Part shown: in pieces, positions 1-11,758 of the stretch
Layout of the letters: each line of letters opens with the position of its first letter
Numbering within the stretch: the first letter of the stretch is position 1
Origin: Octopus vulgaris
Taxonomy: Eukaryota
Length of the DNA: 64,000 nt
Reading direction: 5' to 3'
NCBI GenBank assembly: GCA_951406725.2
Contig: OX597838.1
Location: 21,638,001 to 21,702,000 of the forward strand
The notes under the pieces: generated by a model
Database searches by the model: none
What the model saw: the letters and a program-made list of their open reading frames with translations, nothing else
What the model was told of the DNA's origin: nothing
Made by a program: the position numbers and the translations under genes

Positions 1-280
1 CACAGAGGATTACATCAATTCTTATATATCAATTCAATATACAAATAGACTGCATCCCATCTAACAGCTGTTTCTGCTTCCAAAGTTGGAATGTATTGCC
101 ATTGATATGCTTAAAATATTTATCATACTTGGTAATAAAACCGATCTGAAACGATGGAGCTTCATCAGAGGGAAGAATAGATATAAAAAAAGGAGGTGCA
201 TGGAGAAGAAAAATGGAACAGATGAATATGGTTGCAATCATGCCATTTTGTTTGTGTTTCTGTTCGTGTGAGCGCGTGTG

Positions 281-318
<38 letters not shown>

Positions 319-321
<3 letters not shown>

Positions 322-452
322 GGTCCCGGGTTGAGTCGGGGTTAACCACAGTAAATAAGGTACTCAATACATGGCATTCAAATGAAATCATCAGGAAGCT
401 TCCTGATGATTTCATTTGAATGAAACAGTTCTAGTCTTGTAGAAGCTCCTTC

Positions 453-460
<8 letters not shown>
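319..460. mobile_element. PLE-type terminal-repeat fragment with 48-bp perfect palindrome
   Basis: Same family as 10851-11162. 375-422 is a perfect palindrome. Flanked by (TA)n on both sides and carries a hammerhead motif. Confidence 0.65.
397..447 (+). ncRNA. Type I hammerhead ribozyme motif
   Basis: agcttc-CTGATGA-tttcatttgaat-GAAA-cagttctagtcttg-TA-gaagct: 6-bp stem I, canonical core, GUA triplet. Confidence 0.7.
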
Positions 461-512
<52 letters not shown>

Positions 513-632
513 GAGAGATAGAGAGAGGGGTGAGGGACAGACAGAGAGATAAAGAGAGGAAGGAAGAGTTCATGAGGGAGTTAGATAATGCTGGAATGCC
601 AAATTGCACGAGGCAAATTGCGTTTTCTAATA

Positions 633-700
<68 letters not shown>

Positions 701-832
701 TACGCGCACACGTACGGTTGTGATGCATGTGCCTGGTGTACCCTTATCAGACGGATAGTGATGATGGGTATACTGGGCTTTGTATATTTGTACCCCAGTG
801 TCACTTTGATGTCATGCACTGATCTCTCACTC

Positions 833-915
<83 letters not shown>

Positions 916-1124
916 CAATAATAAGAATGATGATGATGATAATGATAATAATTGTTTCTTTTTTACCATATCAAACTTTTGCTTTTGTTCAATCCGTCCA
1001 TTAAAATGCCTCGCTAGAAGTAAACGTTACATGTAAGACAGTGACATACAGAACTCGATAGATGCAGACGACAGACAACAGACAACAGACGGAGACAGAC
1101 AGATAGACTAACAGGTAAATTAAC

Positions 1125-1302
1125 AAGTATATTCTGTTGGGTCTGGGGGAGAGTCATTTTCTTTTTGTGACTTATAATTTAACACACTCACCGGTAATAA
1201 AAATAAGAAACAAGTGGACATTTTACCGGTGAGTGTGTGTTAAATTATAAGGCACAAAAAGAAAATGACTCTCCCCCCCCCCAGACACAACTGAATATGC
1301 TT
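1125..1302. repeat. Imperfect inverted repeat (~75-bp arms), probable PLE-type fragment
   Basis: 1125-1197 is the reverse complement of 1223-1302 with a few mismatches. Confidence 0.7.
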
Positions 1303-1373
1303 CAACACATGAACTCATATAAAAGAATCTTGCAAACCAAATTCAAAAACAAAACAGGTATATATATATATAT

Positions 1374-1509
<136 letters not shown>

Positions 1510-1550
1510 TGTATATATAGATCGTATATAATTTACCAGAGTTGCAAACC

Positions 1551-1603
<53 letters not shown>

Positions 1604-3378
1604 ATTAGACATGTATATATAGATGCGTATATGGGAACTTACCGGAGTTACAGGTTTTCACGTGTAAAGATATCTCCGCCGGTGGTAAAAACAGACCTTG
1701 ATCGGCGCTTTCCTTTCTGCATAAGGTATGTACGTGTGCGTGCGTGTCTGTGTGTGTTTGTGTGTGCGTGTGTGTGTGTTTGTGTGCGTGAGCGCGTGTG
1801 TGTATTCTATTATATTATATATTATATTCGCTATACATATCTTGACGCCCTGTGTGAACTTGTATCTGTTTGTTAGTGTGATCTATATATATTTGTGTGC
1901 ATATACTGGTCACGTATAAAGTGTGTATGTGTGTGTGTTTATGATATATATCGTGTCACCCACTATTTTTTTTCTTCGTTTCTTCCACCGGTTAATCTTA
2001 TGTTATTTGGGTTTTTTTTTCAAATATGTATTTCTGTTGAAATACACTGTTTTCGTTGCAATTAATTTCGAAAAATAACGAAGAATTCAGTAAAATAACT
2101 TCATCATCATTAAGCTGGTGTTTGGAAGATGAATTAACGCGAAATGTTTGACGGAAAGTTATAATTTAGAACTTTTTACAGCAAGAATTTCGCATCGTAG
2201 GGAAACCAGATGCAGTTCGACCGTTCCTTACGCGTGTCTTTTAGTTCGTAAGTTTGTGTTAAACGGTACGCGTAAATGTATCGTAGATCGACCCGTATCC
2301 CTCTCTCTATATATATGTGTACGTGTGCCTGTGTGTATATATATAATTATAATATGTAATATATATATATATGGATGTGTGTGTGTGTGTATGTAAGTTT
2401 ACAAACAGGCTCTGTCTGTGTGTGGGGTGGTGTATAAGGCTGTATGTTCGTGTTTTGCTCACGCAGGTTGTGTTTGCTACTTTGCGGCGATGTGACAATA
2501 ACTTGCTGCTGTGTGCGTGTATATATGTTTGTGAGTTCGGGCACGTGTGGTAAAATATATTGTATATATATATGTATGTATGGATGTATATATGAATGTG
2601 TTTGAATGTAGATAGGTATCAACGCAGACACACAGAGACAGACAGACACACACACACGCGCGCGGCTTAGCTACTCCGCAAGATATCTGTAGCTGAGGAG
2701 TTCTTGCATGTTGTATCGCGCATACGATGGAATGTCACTTCTGTTGGATCGCGTGCTTGCGCATGTTTCCATGGAAGTGAGTGAGGGAGTGCGTGCGTGC
2801 GTGAGTGAGTGTGAGTGAGTGAGTGATTGAGTGCGTTTGCGAGCGTGTTTGCGTTCGTGCGTGCGTTGGCGTACATGTACGTGTGTGCGTGTATGTGTAC
2901 GTGCGTGCGAGCGTGCGTGAATTTCCGTGCCGGTGTGTGTGAGTGTATGTATGTGCGCGCCGGTGTATGCGTCTCAGTAAGAAATTATACGTGCTTACGT
3001 GTGTGTTTTGTATGTGTGTGTGTGTATGCGTTTATATACGGCTGTTGATGTGTGTATCGTGTATGTGTAACTGCATGTGCTTATGCGTTTATGCGTGTAT
3101 ACACGTGCTTATGTATGTGTGTGTATAATATGTGCGATGTGTCTGTTTTCTAGTAGGTGTGTACCCACACGTGGTCATCACGTGTGTGTATATATCTGTA
3201 TATGTATATGTATGTATCTATATCTATATACATATATCTCTATATATGTGTGTATGTGTGTGTGTGTGTGTGTATGTGTATATATATATGTATATATATA
3301 TATATATGTGTGGGTGTGTATATATAATCTCATATACACATAGGTTCGCTTTGGTAGCTCCGACACAAGTTTAACGGT

Positions 3379-3515
3379 TGCAGTTGAAAATACGAATGGT
3401 TTTTTTTTAGTGTGCTTGCGTTGGAGTGTGACTGCGTTGGAGTGTAACTGTTGGAGTGTGACTGTTGGAGTGTCACTGTGTTCGGAGTGTGATCCCAACC
3501 GTATTTTTAACTGTG
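3379..3515. mobile_element. Candidate MITE with ~16-bp TIRs enclosing a 14-16-bp minisatellite
   Basis: tgcagttgaaaatacg ... cgtatttttaactgtg, with five internal copies of (tg)ttggagtgtnac. Confidence 0.4.
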
Positions 3516-3599
3516 GAGTGAGAATCAATACAGCCTGACTGCCTGTCTGCCTGCGCAGTGGTATGTCGTTCCTTTCACTCTGACGGCATAGAATTGATA

Positions 3600-4331
3600 A
3601 GGCGGTGGTGGTGGTGGTGAGGGAAAGGAATCGTAATGGTGTTGGGGTTGTTGTTGCTGTGGTGGTGGTGGTGGTGGTGGCGTTGTTGTTGTGGCGGTGG
3701 GGGTGGGGGTGAAGTTAATTGATTGTTGATGTCGCTGGTGGTGGCAGTGATGGTGGTGGGGATGATGATGGTGATGGTGATGGTGGTAGAGGTGATGGTG
3801 GCGAGGGTGATGATGATAATTGTGGTGTTGGTGGTTGTGGTAGTTGTAGTGGTGATTGGGGTGATGGTGATGATGATGGTGGTGGTGGTAGTGATGGTGG
3901 TGCTGGTGTTGGTGGTAGTGATGGTGGTGGTGGTAGTGGTGATGGTGGTGGTGGTGATGGTGGTGGTGGTGGTAGTGGTAGTGGTGATGGTGGCGTTGGT
4001 GATGATGATAATTGTGGTGTTGGTGGTTGTGGTAGTTGTAGTGGTGATTGGGGTGATGGTGATGATGATGGTGGTGGTGGTAGTGATGGTGGTGCTGGTG
4101 TTGGTGGTAGTGATGGTGGTGATGCTGGTGGTGGTGATAATGGTGGTGATGGTGGTGGTGATGGTAGAAGTGATGGTGGCGTTGGTGATGATGATTGTGG
4201 TGTTGGTGGTGTTGTTGGTGGTGGTAGTGGTGATTGTGGTGATGGTGATGATGATGGTGGTGGCAGTGATGGTAGAGATGATGGTGGTGCTGACGATGAG
4301 GATAGCGATGGCAGTGGAGGAGTTGTTGTTG

Positions 4332-4363
<32 letters not shown>

Positions 4364-4370
4364 GGCGGCT
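3600..4370. repeat. (GGT/GAT)n mosaic microsatellite with internal ~195-bp block duplication
   Basis: Trinucleotide tract. The block gatgatgataattgtggtgttggtggttgtggtagttgtagt... occurs at ~3790 and ~4000. Confidence 0.9.
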
Positions 4371-4479
4371 GATTGTCGGTGATCTATCATTGATGAGATG
4401 CGATATGTGGTGAATTTACGCTCCAGTGATTTGTTATAAACACACAGAGTGTGACACGCGCGTGCACAGACACATGCAC

Positions 4480-5305
4480 GCATGCATGCACACACACACA
4501 CACACACACATACATGTAATACACAGGCACATACGTGACAGTGATCTATTATAAAGATATGTATGTACATATTTACATACAAACAGTTGTATGCGCATAA
4601 AACATACATATGTGCATACATACATGCAAACGTCATATATACACATATACATATACGCGTACATGGATACATACATACGCATGTAAACATACATACATAC
4701 ACACATATGCATACATATATACATATGCACATACATACGTACACACATACACACACACATGCGCATACATACATACATAAACGTGCATACGTACATACAT
4801 GCATACGCATACACATACACATACGCACATGCATACACATATGCATACAGGCATACATACATGCATATACATACGCACATATATACATATACATATATAC
4901 GTACATACATAGTTCATTCAAGCACGTACATACATACATACACACATACACACACACATACATACATACACACATACATTCATACATACATACATACATA
5001 CATACATACATGCATACACACACACATACATACATACATACATGCATGCATACATACATACATACATACATACACACATACATACATACATACATACATA
5101 CATACATACATACATACATACATACATACATACATACATACATACATACATGCATACATACATACATACATGCACACACATACATACATACATACATACA
5201 TACATACATACATACATACATACATACATACATACATACATACATACATACATACATACATGCACACATACATACATACATACCTACATACCTACATACA
5301 TACAT

Positions 5306-5345
<40 letters not shown>

Positions 5346-5405
5346 ACATACATACATACATACATACATACATACATACATACATACATACATACATACA
5401 TGCAT
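4480..5405. repeat. (TACA)n/(CA)n microsatellite tract
   Basis: Directly visible. It is the source of the spurious 626-aa ORF. Confidence 0.95.
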
Positions 5406-5973
5406 GCAGAGACGCATCGACCAACTTCACAAACAAACACGAGGCGTGGCTTCACACCCTCTTGTTATTTATTGACAGTGGAAGAAACACAGACACGGAA
5501 AGAGATAGAGTAGGGGAACAGACGACGAGTGAGAGAAAGAGAGAGAGACAGAGACAGAGAAAGACAAAGTGAGCGAAGAACAAGTGGGAAGTAGAGAAAG
5601 AAAGAAAGAAAGGAAAGAAAGGAAAGGAAAGGAAGGAAGAAAGAAAAAGGAGGGTAGGAGAAACAGAGAGGGACTGTCTTATAGCAATAAAAACACGAGT
5701 GCACACTCGTGTTGATACCTAGATACCACACGTATACAAAACAGCGGAAACTTAGCGTGGTGTGACGGAAATACACGCGCATACACAGGGATATACATGC
5801 GCGCACAGGCACATACACCGCTAGAATTAAACGCGCCATACATATACACATTCATACATACATACATAGATACATATAGGCATACATAAATGCACATACA
5901 TATTTCTGTCTCTTTATCTGTCCGTCCGTCCATCCATCCATCCATCTGTTTATTTATCAATTCATATATCTTG

Positions 5974-6018
<45 letters not shown>

Positions 6019-6035
6019 ATTTGTGTGTGTGTGAA

Positions 6036-6076
<41 letters not shown>

Positions 6077-6079
<3 letters not shown>

Positions 6080-6230
6080 CAAATTCCGCCGAGGTCGACT
6101 TTGCCTTTCATCCTTTCGAGGTCGATAAATAAAGTACCAGTTTCGCACTGGGGTCGATGTAATCGATTTAATCCATTTGTCTGTCCTTGTTTGTCCCCTC
6201 TGTCTTTAGCCCCTTGCGGGCAATAAAGAA

Positions 6231-6232
<2 letters not shown>
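6077..6232 (+). mobile_element. tRNA-derived SINE family B, 5'-truncated
   Basis: Matches 8521-8751 from the B box onward (gttcaaattccgccgaggtcgac...). Confidence 0.85.
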
Positions 6233-6314
<82 letters not shown>

Positions 6315-6315
6315 G

Positions 6316-6373
<58 letters not shown>

Positions 6374-6648
6374 AATATATATATACACATACATACATAT
6401 ACATATATAAACATACACACATATACATACATACATACATATGTGTGTGTGTGTAAGGATAAAATCTATATAAGATTTTATCAAGTAGCCAGCGTATGAA
6501 ACCAATTAAGGAAAAAAAATTAATACGCGGTATATGATTGTTTAAAATACATTATTGCAGCCACACGCTGGAAGGAGACGCTAAAGTCAAACCACTTTCA
6601 TCAAATATCTGATGCGCGTGGCTTTACTTCATAGTAATAGCGCTTAAT

Positions 6649-6716
<68 letters not shown>

Positions 6717-6729
6717 AATAATAGTAATA

Positions 6730-6760
<31 letters not shown>

Positions 6761-6910
6761 TGTAATAAATCATAATAATAATAATAATAATGATAAAAAT
6801 AATAATAATAACAACATCAATAATAATTATAATAAAATTATATATATATATATATACACACACATACATACATATATATACTTTTATTGAAAAGCAGCAG
6901 AAACATCACC

Positions 6911-6956
6911 AAAACTGTTACTCAGAGTTTCACGTTCCCGTTCGTCGGACAGTTTT
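6911..6956 (-). ncRNA. Type I hammerhead motif, U4C core variant
   Basis: Minus strand: aaaactgt-CCGACGA-acgggaacgt-GAAA-ctctgag-TA-acagtttt, with a perfect 8-bp stem I. Confidence 0.55.
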
Positions 6957-7076
6957 GTTAGAACGGAACAGAAATGACGATGTAATCAAATATACAATAG
7001 TTTAAATGATATACAAAAGTGTATCATTTAAACTATTTTATGTTTAATTATATCGTCATTTCTGCTCCATTCTAAC

Positions 7077-7122
7077 AAAACTGTCCGAAGAACGGGAACG
7101 TGAAACTCTGAGTAACAGTCTT
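7077..7122 (+). ncRNA. Type I hammerhead motif, U4C core variant
   Basis: aaaactgt-CCGAAGA-acgggaacgt-GAAA-ctctgag-TA-acagtctt. Confidence 0.55.
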
Positions 7123-8210
7123 TGCGATATCTCTGCTGCTTTTTAATAAAGTATATTACTCTACCTATATCCCTGTTTCATCTCCTCCGCGTTTCGAAGG
7201 TAAGGACAAGACGCGACTTCGTTGAAACAGTCCTTCCCGCAAAGCAAATTAAATAAAATTTGCGATTTTTTGCGGGGTGGGGGGTGAAAGTGGTAACAAG
7301 AACAGGTCAGTGAGTACAAAACAGTAAAAACAAAAAAAAAAAAAAAAAAAAAAAAACAGTAAAAGACAGAACACTAAGAACAAAACAGTGAAAACAAACG
7401 ATGAAGGTTGTTAAGCCAAGACGATGGAAAGATTATTCTGAACGTTTAAGGAGACGAGCTTATGAAGAGACAGGATAAGCCCGTTTAGTCTTTGTGAAAG
7501 TAGTAGTCGGAAAGATGGATTCCCTCCCATCACGTGTCAGCGACGAGAGAGTCGAGGAGGAGGAGTGAGAGAGAGAGGGAACGGTGAAGGGGAGAGATGA
7601 AGAATAGGGAAAGATTGGAGAGAAAATCAGAAAGGATGAAGAACAAGAGAGGGAGAGAGATAGACAGAGAAGAGATAGTAAAGATGAAGAGTGCGCATTG
7701 TAATTATTAAGATAAACCTTCGAATGCCTGATATGTGTCTTGTGGCTACCCTCACCTAAAAAATGGGGAATACGCCTGGGTGTGTATGTATATATATATA
7801 AATATATATATAAAAATACAAAATGGGACAAGAACGCAAAACATTCAAATAGACGACACAAAAAAAAAACGGATGGGTCATTCGAAGCCTCCAATCCTCA
7901 GTCAAGAACCGAATCATCCCCGCAATCTCGGCTGATTAATCTTGAGATCGCTCCGATCCGGCCAGCCCCAAGGAAAAATTAAGCTACGAGCATTAGATTT
8001 CTTGGAAAAAGGATCGAATGTATACGAAACAAGGACAGAAAAACGGACGATGCCACACGAATATAAATACAAAAAACAAAAGGTAATACGAATATAAATA
8101 CAAAACACAACAATAATAATAATAATGATGATAATAATAATAATAATAATAATAGAGAGAGAGAGATTCAAATGAATATGGTACTTAAGTTGAGGCCCCA
8201 GAATTTAGTA

Positions 8211-8309
8211 CAGTAGAAAACACTTGCCCAAGGTGCTACGCAGTGGGACTGAATCCGGAACCATGTGGTTGGTAAGCAAGCTACTTACCACACAGCCACT
8301 CCTACGCCT
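8211..8309 (-). mobile_element. SINE family A head fragment
   Basis: Reverse complement of the ggcgtaggagtggctgtgtggtaag... head seen at 20218. Confidence 0.8.
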
Positions 8310-8520
8310 ATAACTTTTATAACCTCTAACTTTTTTAAAATATTTTTGTGGAAAAAATGAAATAACTCCGGCAATTCAGTTTGGACAAGTGCATTATTGT
8401 GCCAGCGCCGGAGTAAACCAATGAACATCGAAAGGCCAACACCAAGAAGGAAGAAATATTATTTACATATATTTATTCGTTTGCCCAACTGGTAGTTACA
8501 GAGAGACGGTAGTACTTGTA

Positions 8521-8751
8521 GGCGAGCTGGCAGAATCGTTAGCACGCCGGGCGAAATGCGTAGCCGTATTTCGTCTGCCGTTACGTTCTGAGTTCAAATT
8601 CCGCCGAGGTCGACTTTGTCTTTCATCCTTTCGGGGTCGATAAATTAAGTACCAGTTACGCACTGGGGTCGATGTAATCGACTTAATCCGTTTGTCTGTA
8701 CTTGTTTGTTCCCTCTGTGTTTAGCCACTTGTGGGTAGTAAAGAAATAGGT
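8521..8751 (+). mobile_element. tRNA-derived SINE family B, near full length
   Basis: A-box-like tggcagaatcg and B-box-like gttcaaattcc. Multiple copies in the window. Confidence 0.85.
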
Positions 8752-8881
8752 AGTACTTGTAGTAATAGCGAAAATGTTTTCCGATGGTTACAAAAAGGTT
8801 GCTGTCTGCTAGTAGAGAGGAAAAAAGTAAGGAATGCACAGTGCTGACTAGAAAGGAAGAAAGGCTAAGGGTGGCTCTGCT

Positions 8882-9072
8882 CTGATTGGCTGTATGCAAA
8901 TGAGTTCATTCCATGGGGTCCGGAACTCTCGTGGGGAAAAAATTTCGCGTACGGGAAGGGTAGCACTGCAATTTCTCGCTAAGCGATCAGCACAAATGAT
9001 TCGTTTATAGTGATCAAATATAATTTTGCTGTAGATTTAGCCCAATCCCTCCGCCAACATGACATTGGCTGA
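8882..9072. promoter_or_regulatory. Candidate regulatory cluster (CCAAT x3, octamer, E2F-like)
   Basis: ctgattggc 8882, ATGCAAAT 8894, tttcgcg 8943, cccaatc 9041, cattggctg 9063. Motif matches only. Confidence 0.25.
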
Positions 9073-9242
9073 AGCGCTGCATGGTGTGCTACATGTTCGG
9101 TGTCGAAGTGGTCGCAGCGCAAACGTGAAATGAAGTGTTTTGTTCAAGATCACAACGCGCCATCCGGTCTAGGAATTAAAACCATGATCCCGCCATCGCC
9201 AGTACATTCTAACCGTTGGGCCATATTTGTATGTGAGTATGC

Positions 9243-9329
<87 letters not shown>

Positions 9330-9566
9330 TGTGTGTGTGTAAATTCATCCATGTGAAGTGTGTGCAATAGATTTGACGGTTTTCCCATTTCGAGTGTAAT
9401 CCACACACATAAACACATACACATACAAACACACACTCACACACACACGTACACGCACATGCGCGCCACACAAACACACACATTTCTTTATTTCTTTATT
9501 TCTCTCTGAAAAACGACCCCCTATCATTAGATCGGAACTCAGCTTTTTCCTAATGCCACACACACA

Positions 9567-9626
<60 letters not shown>

Positions 9627-9849
9627 TCTGCTTGTACTAGATGCTCTGCCGATCCCTCACGTCACTCTACGGCGACAAATCTGTAAAGGCAGAGCTTTTC
9701 ATGTTTATTGGGAAGTGGAAACTTCTCAAATTGCAACCACAAGTTTCACCTACTGGCCTTCAAGGATCTGCACAACACGCACAGACACACAGACACACAC
9801 ACACACACGCACACACACACATACATACATACATACATACATACATACA

Positions 9850-9883
<34 letters not shown>

Positions 9884-10051
9884 CATGCATGCATACATAC
9901 ATACACACACACACATACATACATACATACATACATACATACATACGAATACCATCCATCCATCCATCCATCCATCCATCCATCCATCCATCCATCCATC
10001 CATCCTTCCATCCATTCATCCAGCCTGCTAGCCATCCATACATACACACAT

Positions 10052-10250
10052 ATACGAGGGGATGCTGAAATATTCCTGGAGGATCAGTGAACTATGATTT
10101 TTTTCAACATGTACCCATCTCAGGTTCACACACTTATTGCAGCGGTCCTTCGGTTTTTCTAAGCCCTGAAAAAGAACTCGGACGTTTGGATCTCCACACA
10201 AGCCTTTCACGACAGCCTTAAAGCCAAGAACCTTTCAACACTCCCTCGTG
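10052..10250 (-). mobile_element. Mariner-derived MITE
   Basis: TIR-like ends tacgaggggg...ctccctcgtg. The minus strand encodes a mariner C-terminus-like peptide FQGLEKPKDRCNKCVNL..HVE. Confidence 0.75.
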
Positions 10251-10269
10251 TGTGTGTGAGTGTGTATAT

Positions 10270-10715
10270 AGTTTCATAGTCATTGCTCATCATCAGTCTG
10301 AAACCAGTCTCTGGTTGCTGGCTTTGCTGAGTGGAGGTGCTTATCTTCAATTTGAAAACATAAGGACATAGGAAATATGTCAAGTCCAACAGGAAACGGT
10401 GTTTCCTAGGGCTAAATAGCAGTAGCATTCTTCCCTTTCATGGGACTGCCACATTAAGTTGGCAACATACTATCACTTTATGAATGTTCTTGGTCACTAA
10501 ACCATTTTTCTGGAGGTACTTGATAACACCACGATGCCTATATTTTGTCCATTTCCAAGAGAAGTCAGGACTGGTTGCTTTCGAAGTCTTCTTTGTACAG
10601 TGAGATGTCAAGTTACCCGGAAATAACCAATGCAGTTATTCATAAGAAGTGTTGAAATTAAGATTAGAATCATTCCTTCATTGTCAGCCTGTGAACTTTG
10701 CAGCCTACCTTCGTA
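10270..10715 (-). pseudogene. Degraded mariner transposase N-terminus plus TIR
   Basis: Minus strand MDKI-/-HRGVIKYLQKNGL..KNIH resembles a mariner HTH. Ends in a ...ccttcgta TIR-like sequence. Confidence 0.6.
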
Positions 10716-10718
10716 CAC

Positions 10719-10788
<70 letters not shown>

Positions 10789-10866
10789 GCACACGCACAC
10801 GCACACACACACACACTTTCCACACACTTACATATATATATATATATATATTTATTATATAGAAGG

Positions 10867-10917
10867 AGCTTCTACAGGACTAGAACTGTTTCATTCAAGA
10901 GAAATCTTCAGGAAGCT
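10867..10917 (-). ncRNA. Type I hammerhead ribozyme motif
   Basis: Inverted copy of 11025-11075. Confidence 0.75.
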
Positions 10918-11024
10918 AGTTAACAAGAATTGTATTGGCATTTATACATTTAGGCAGGTTTCCCCCACCAACACCCCTTTAAACCTGCCTAAATGTATAA
11001 ATGCCAATACAATTCTTGTTAACT

Positions 11025-11075
11025 AGCTTCCTGAAGATTTCTCTTGAATGAAACAGTTCTAGTCCTGTAGAAGCT
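11025..11075 (+). ncRNA. Type I hammerhead ribozyme motif
   Basis: agcttc-CTGAAGA-tttctcttgaat-GAAA-cag-ttctagtc-ctg-TA-gaagct. Confidence 0.75.
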
Positions 11076-11158
11076 CCTTCTATATAATAAATTAATTTTA
11101 CTCTGCTATGTATTGAGTACCTTATTTACTGTGGTTAACCCCGAATCAACCCGGGACC

Positions 11159-11189
<31 letters not shown>

Positions 11190-11204
11190 CATTTAAAAAA
11201 AATC

Positions 11205-11542
11205 ATTTTATCTAGTTTCAGCTCACGAGCTGTGGCCATGCTGGGGCACCGCCATTCGGTGTTGCTACATTATTTTACTTCACGAATGCTTTTTAGCAAT
11301 TGACATTTGGTGCATGAGAGAGTTTGATGCAGCTGCCCTCATCTGCACCTCATGCCGTGAAGTTGGTTCATCTGGGACACCTGACAGGAAGAGGTCCAGC
11401 TTTATTTCAAAGACATCTGCATCCACCCCATGCAGGTCTCTCAGGTCCTTCGGGAGGATATTGAAGAGCTGTGGACCTCTGAAGCCCAGTCTATCGCAGT
11501 ATCTTGTCCTACATCTTGATGGCATATTTGGAGTCCTTGACA

Positions 11543-11545
<3 letters not shown>
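11205..11545 (-). mobile_element. LINE 3' fragment (L2/CR1-group ORF2 C-terminus plus 3' tail)
   Basis: GPQLFNILPKDLRDL..F..KLDLFLSGVPDEP...SNSL..Q motif. Tail ggcggtgccccagcatggcc... is shared with SINE A. Confidence 0.75.
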
Positions 11546-11594
<49 letters not shown>

Positions 11595-11706
11595 ACACAC
11601 ACACACATATATATATATATCCACATACCTTCGCATATACATATATACGCGCGTTAGCACACATACACACACAACATACATATATACATTCATATATACA
11701 TATGTA

Positions 11707-11758
<52 letters not shown>

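Larger units (their letters stand above)
6883..7150. mobile_element. PLE-type inverted repeat (~130-bp arms) carrying two hammerhead-like motifs
   Basis: Arms are reverse complements around ~7015. Each arm carries the same ribozyme-like motif. Confidence 0.75.
10851..11162. mobile_element. PLE-type element: perfect 111-bp inverted repeat plus tail, inside (TA)n
   Basis: 10851-10961 is the exact reverse complement of 10981-11091 (19-nt loop). The tail is shared with 319-374. Confidence 0.85.

Noticed and set aside
3421-3475. TGGAGTGTGAC matches the 5' end of vertebrate miR-122
   Set aside because: Only 11 nt match, there is no pre-miRNA hairpin, and it is part of a tandem array.
3575-5513. 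Long ORFs (626, 316 and 238 aa)
   Set aside because: They are translations of (TACA)n and (GGT)n microsatellites. The same applies to nearly all YI/HT/CV/poly-amino-acid ORFs in the track.
7170-8100. Probable PLE-type fragments with partial ribozyme-like words (7172-7240 -, 7870-7910 -)
   Set aside because: Cores are non-canonical and stems incomplete, so a ribozyme or family call cannot be supported.
10270-10300. Minus-strand CTGATGA...GAAA
   Set aside because: Lies in a mariner remnant and has no stems.
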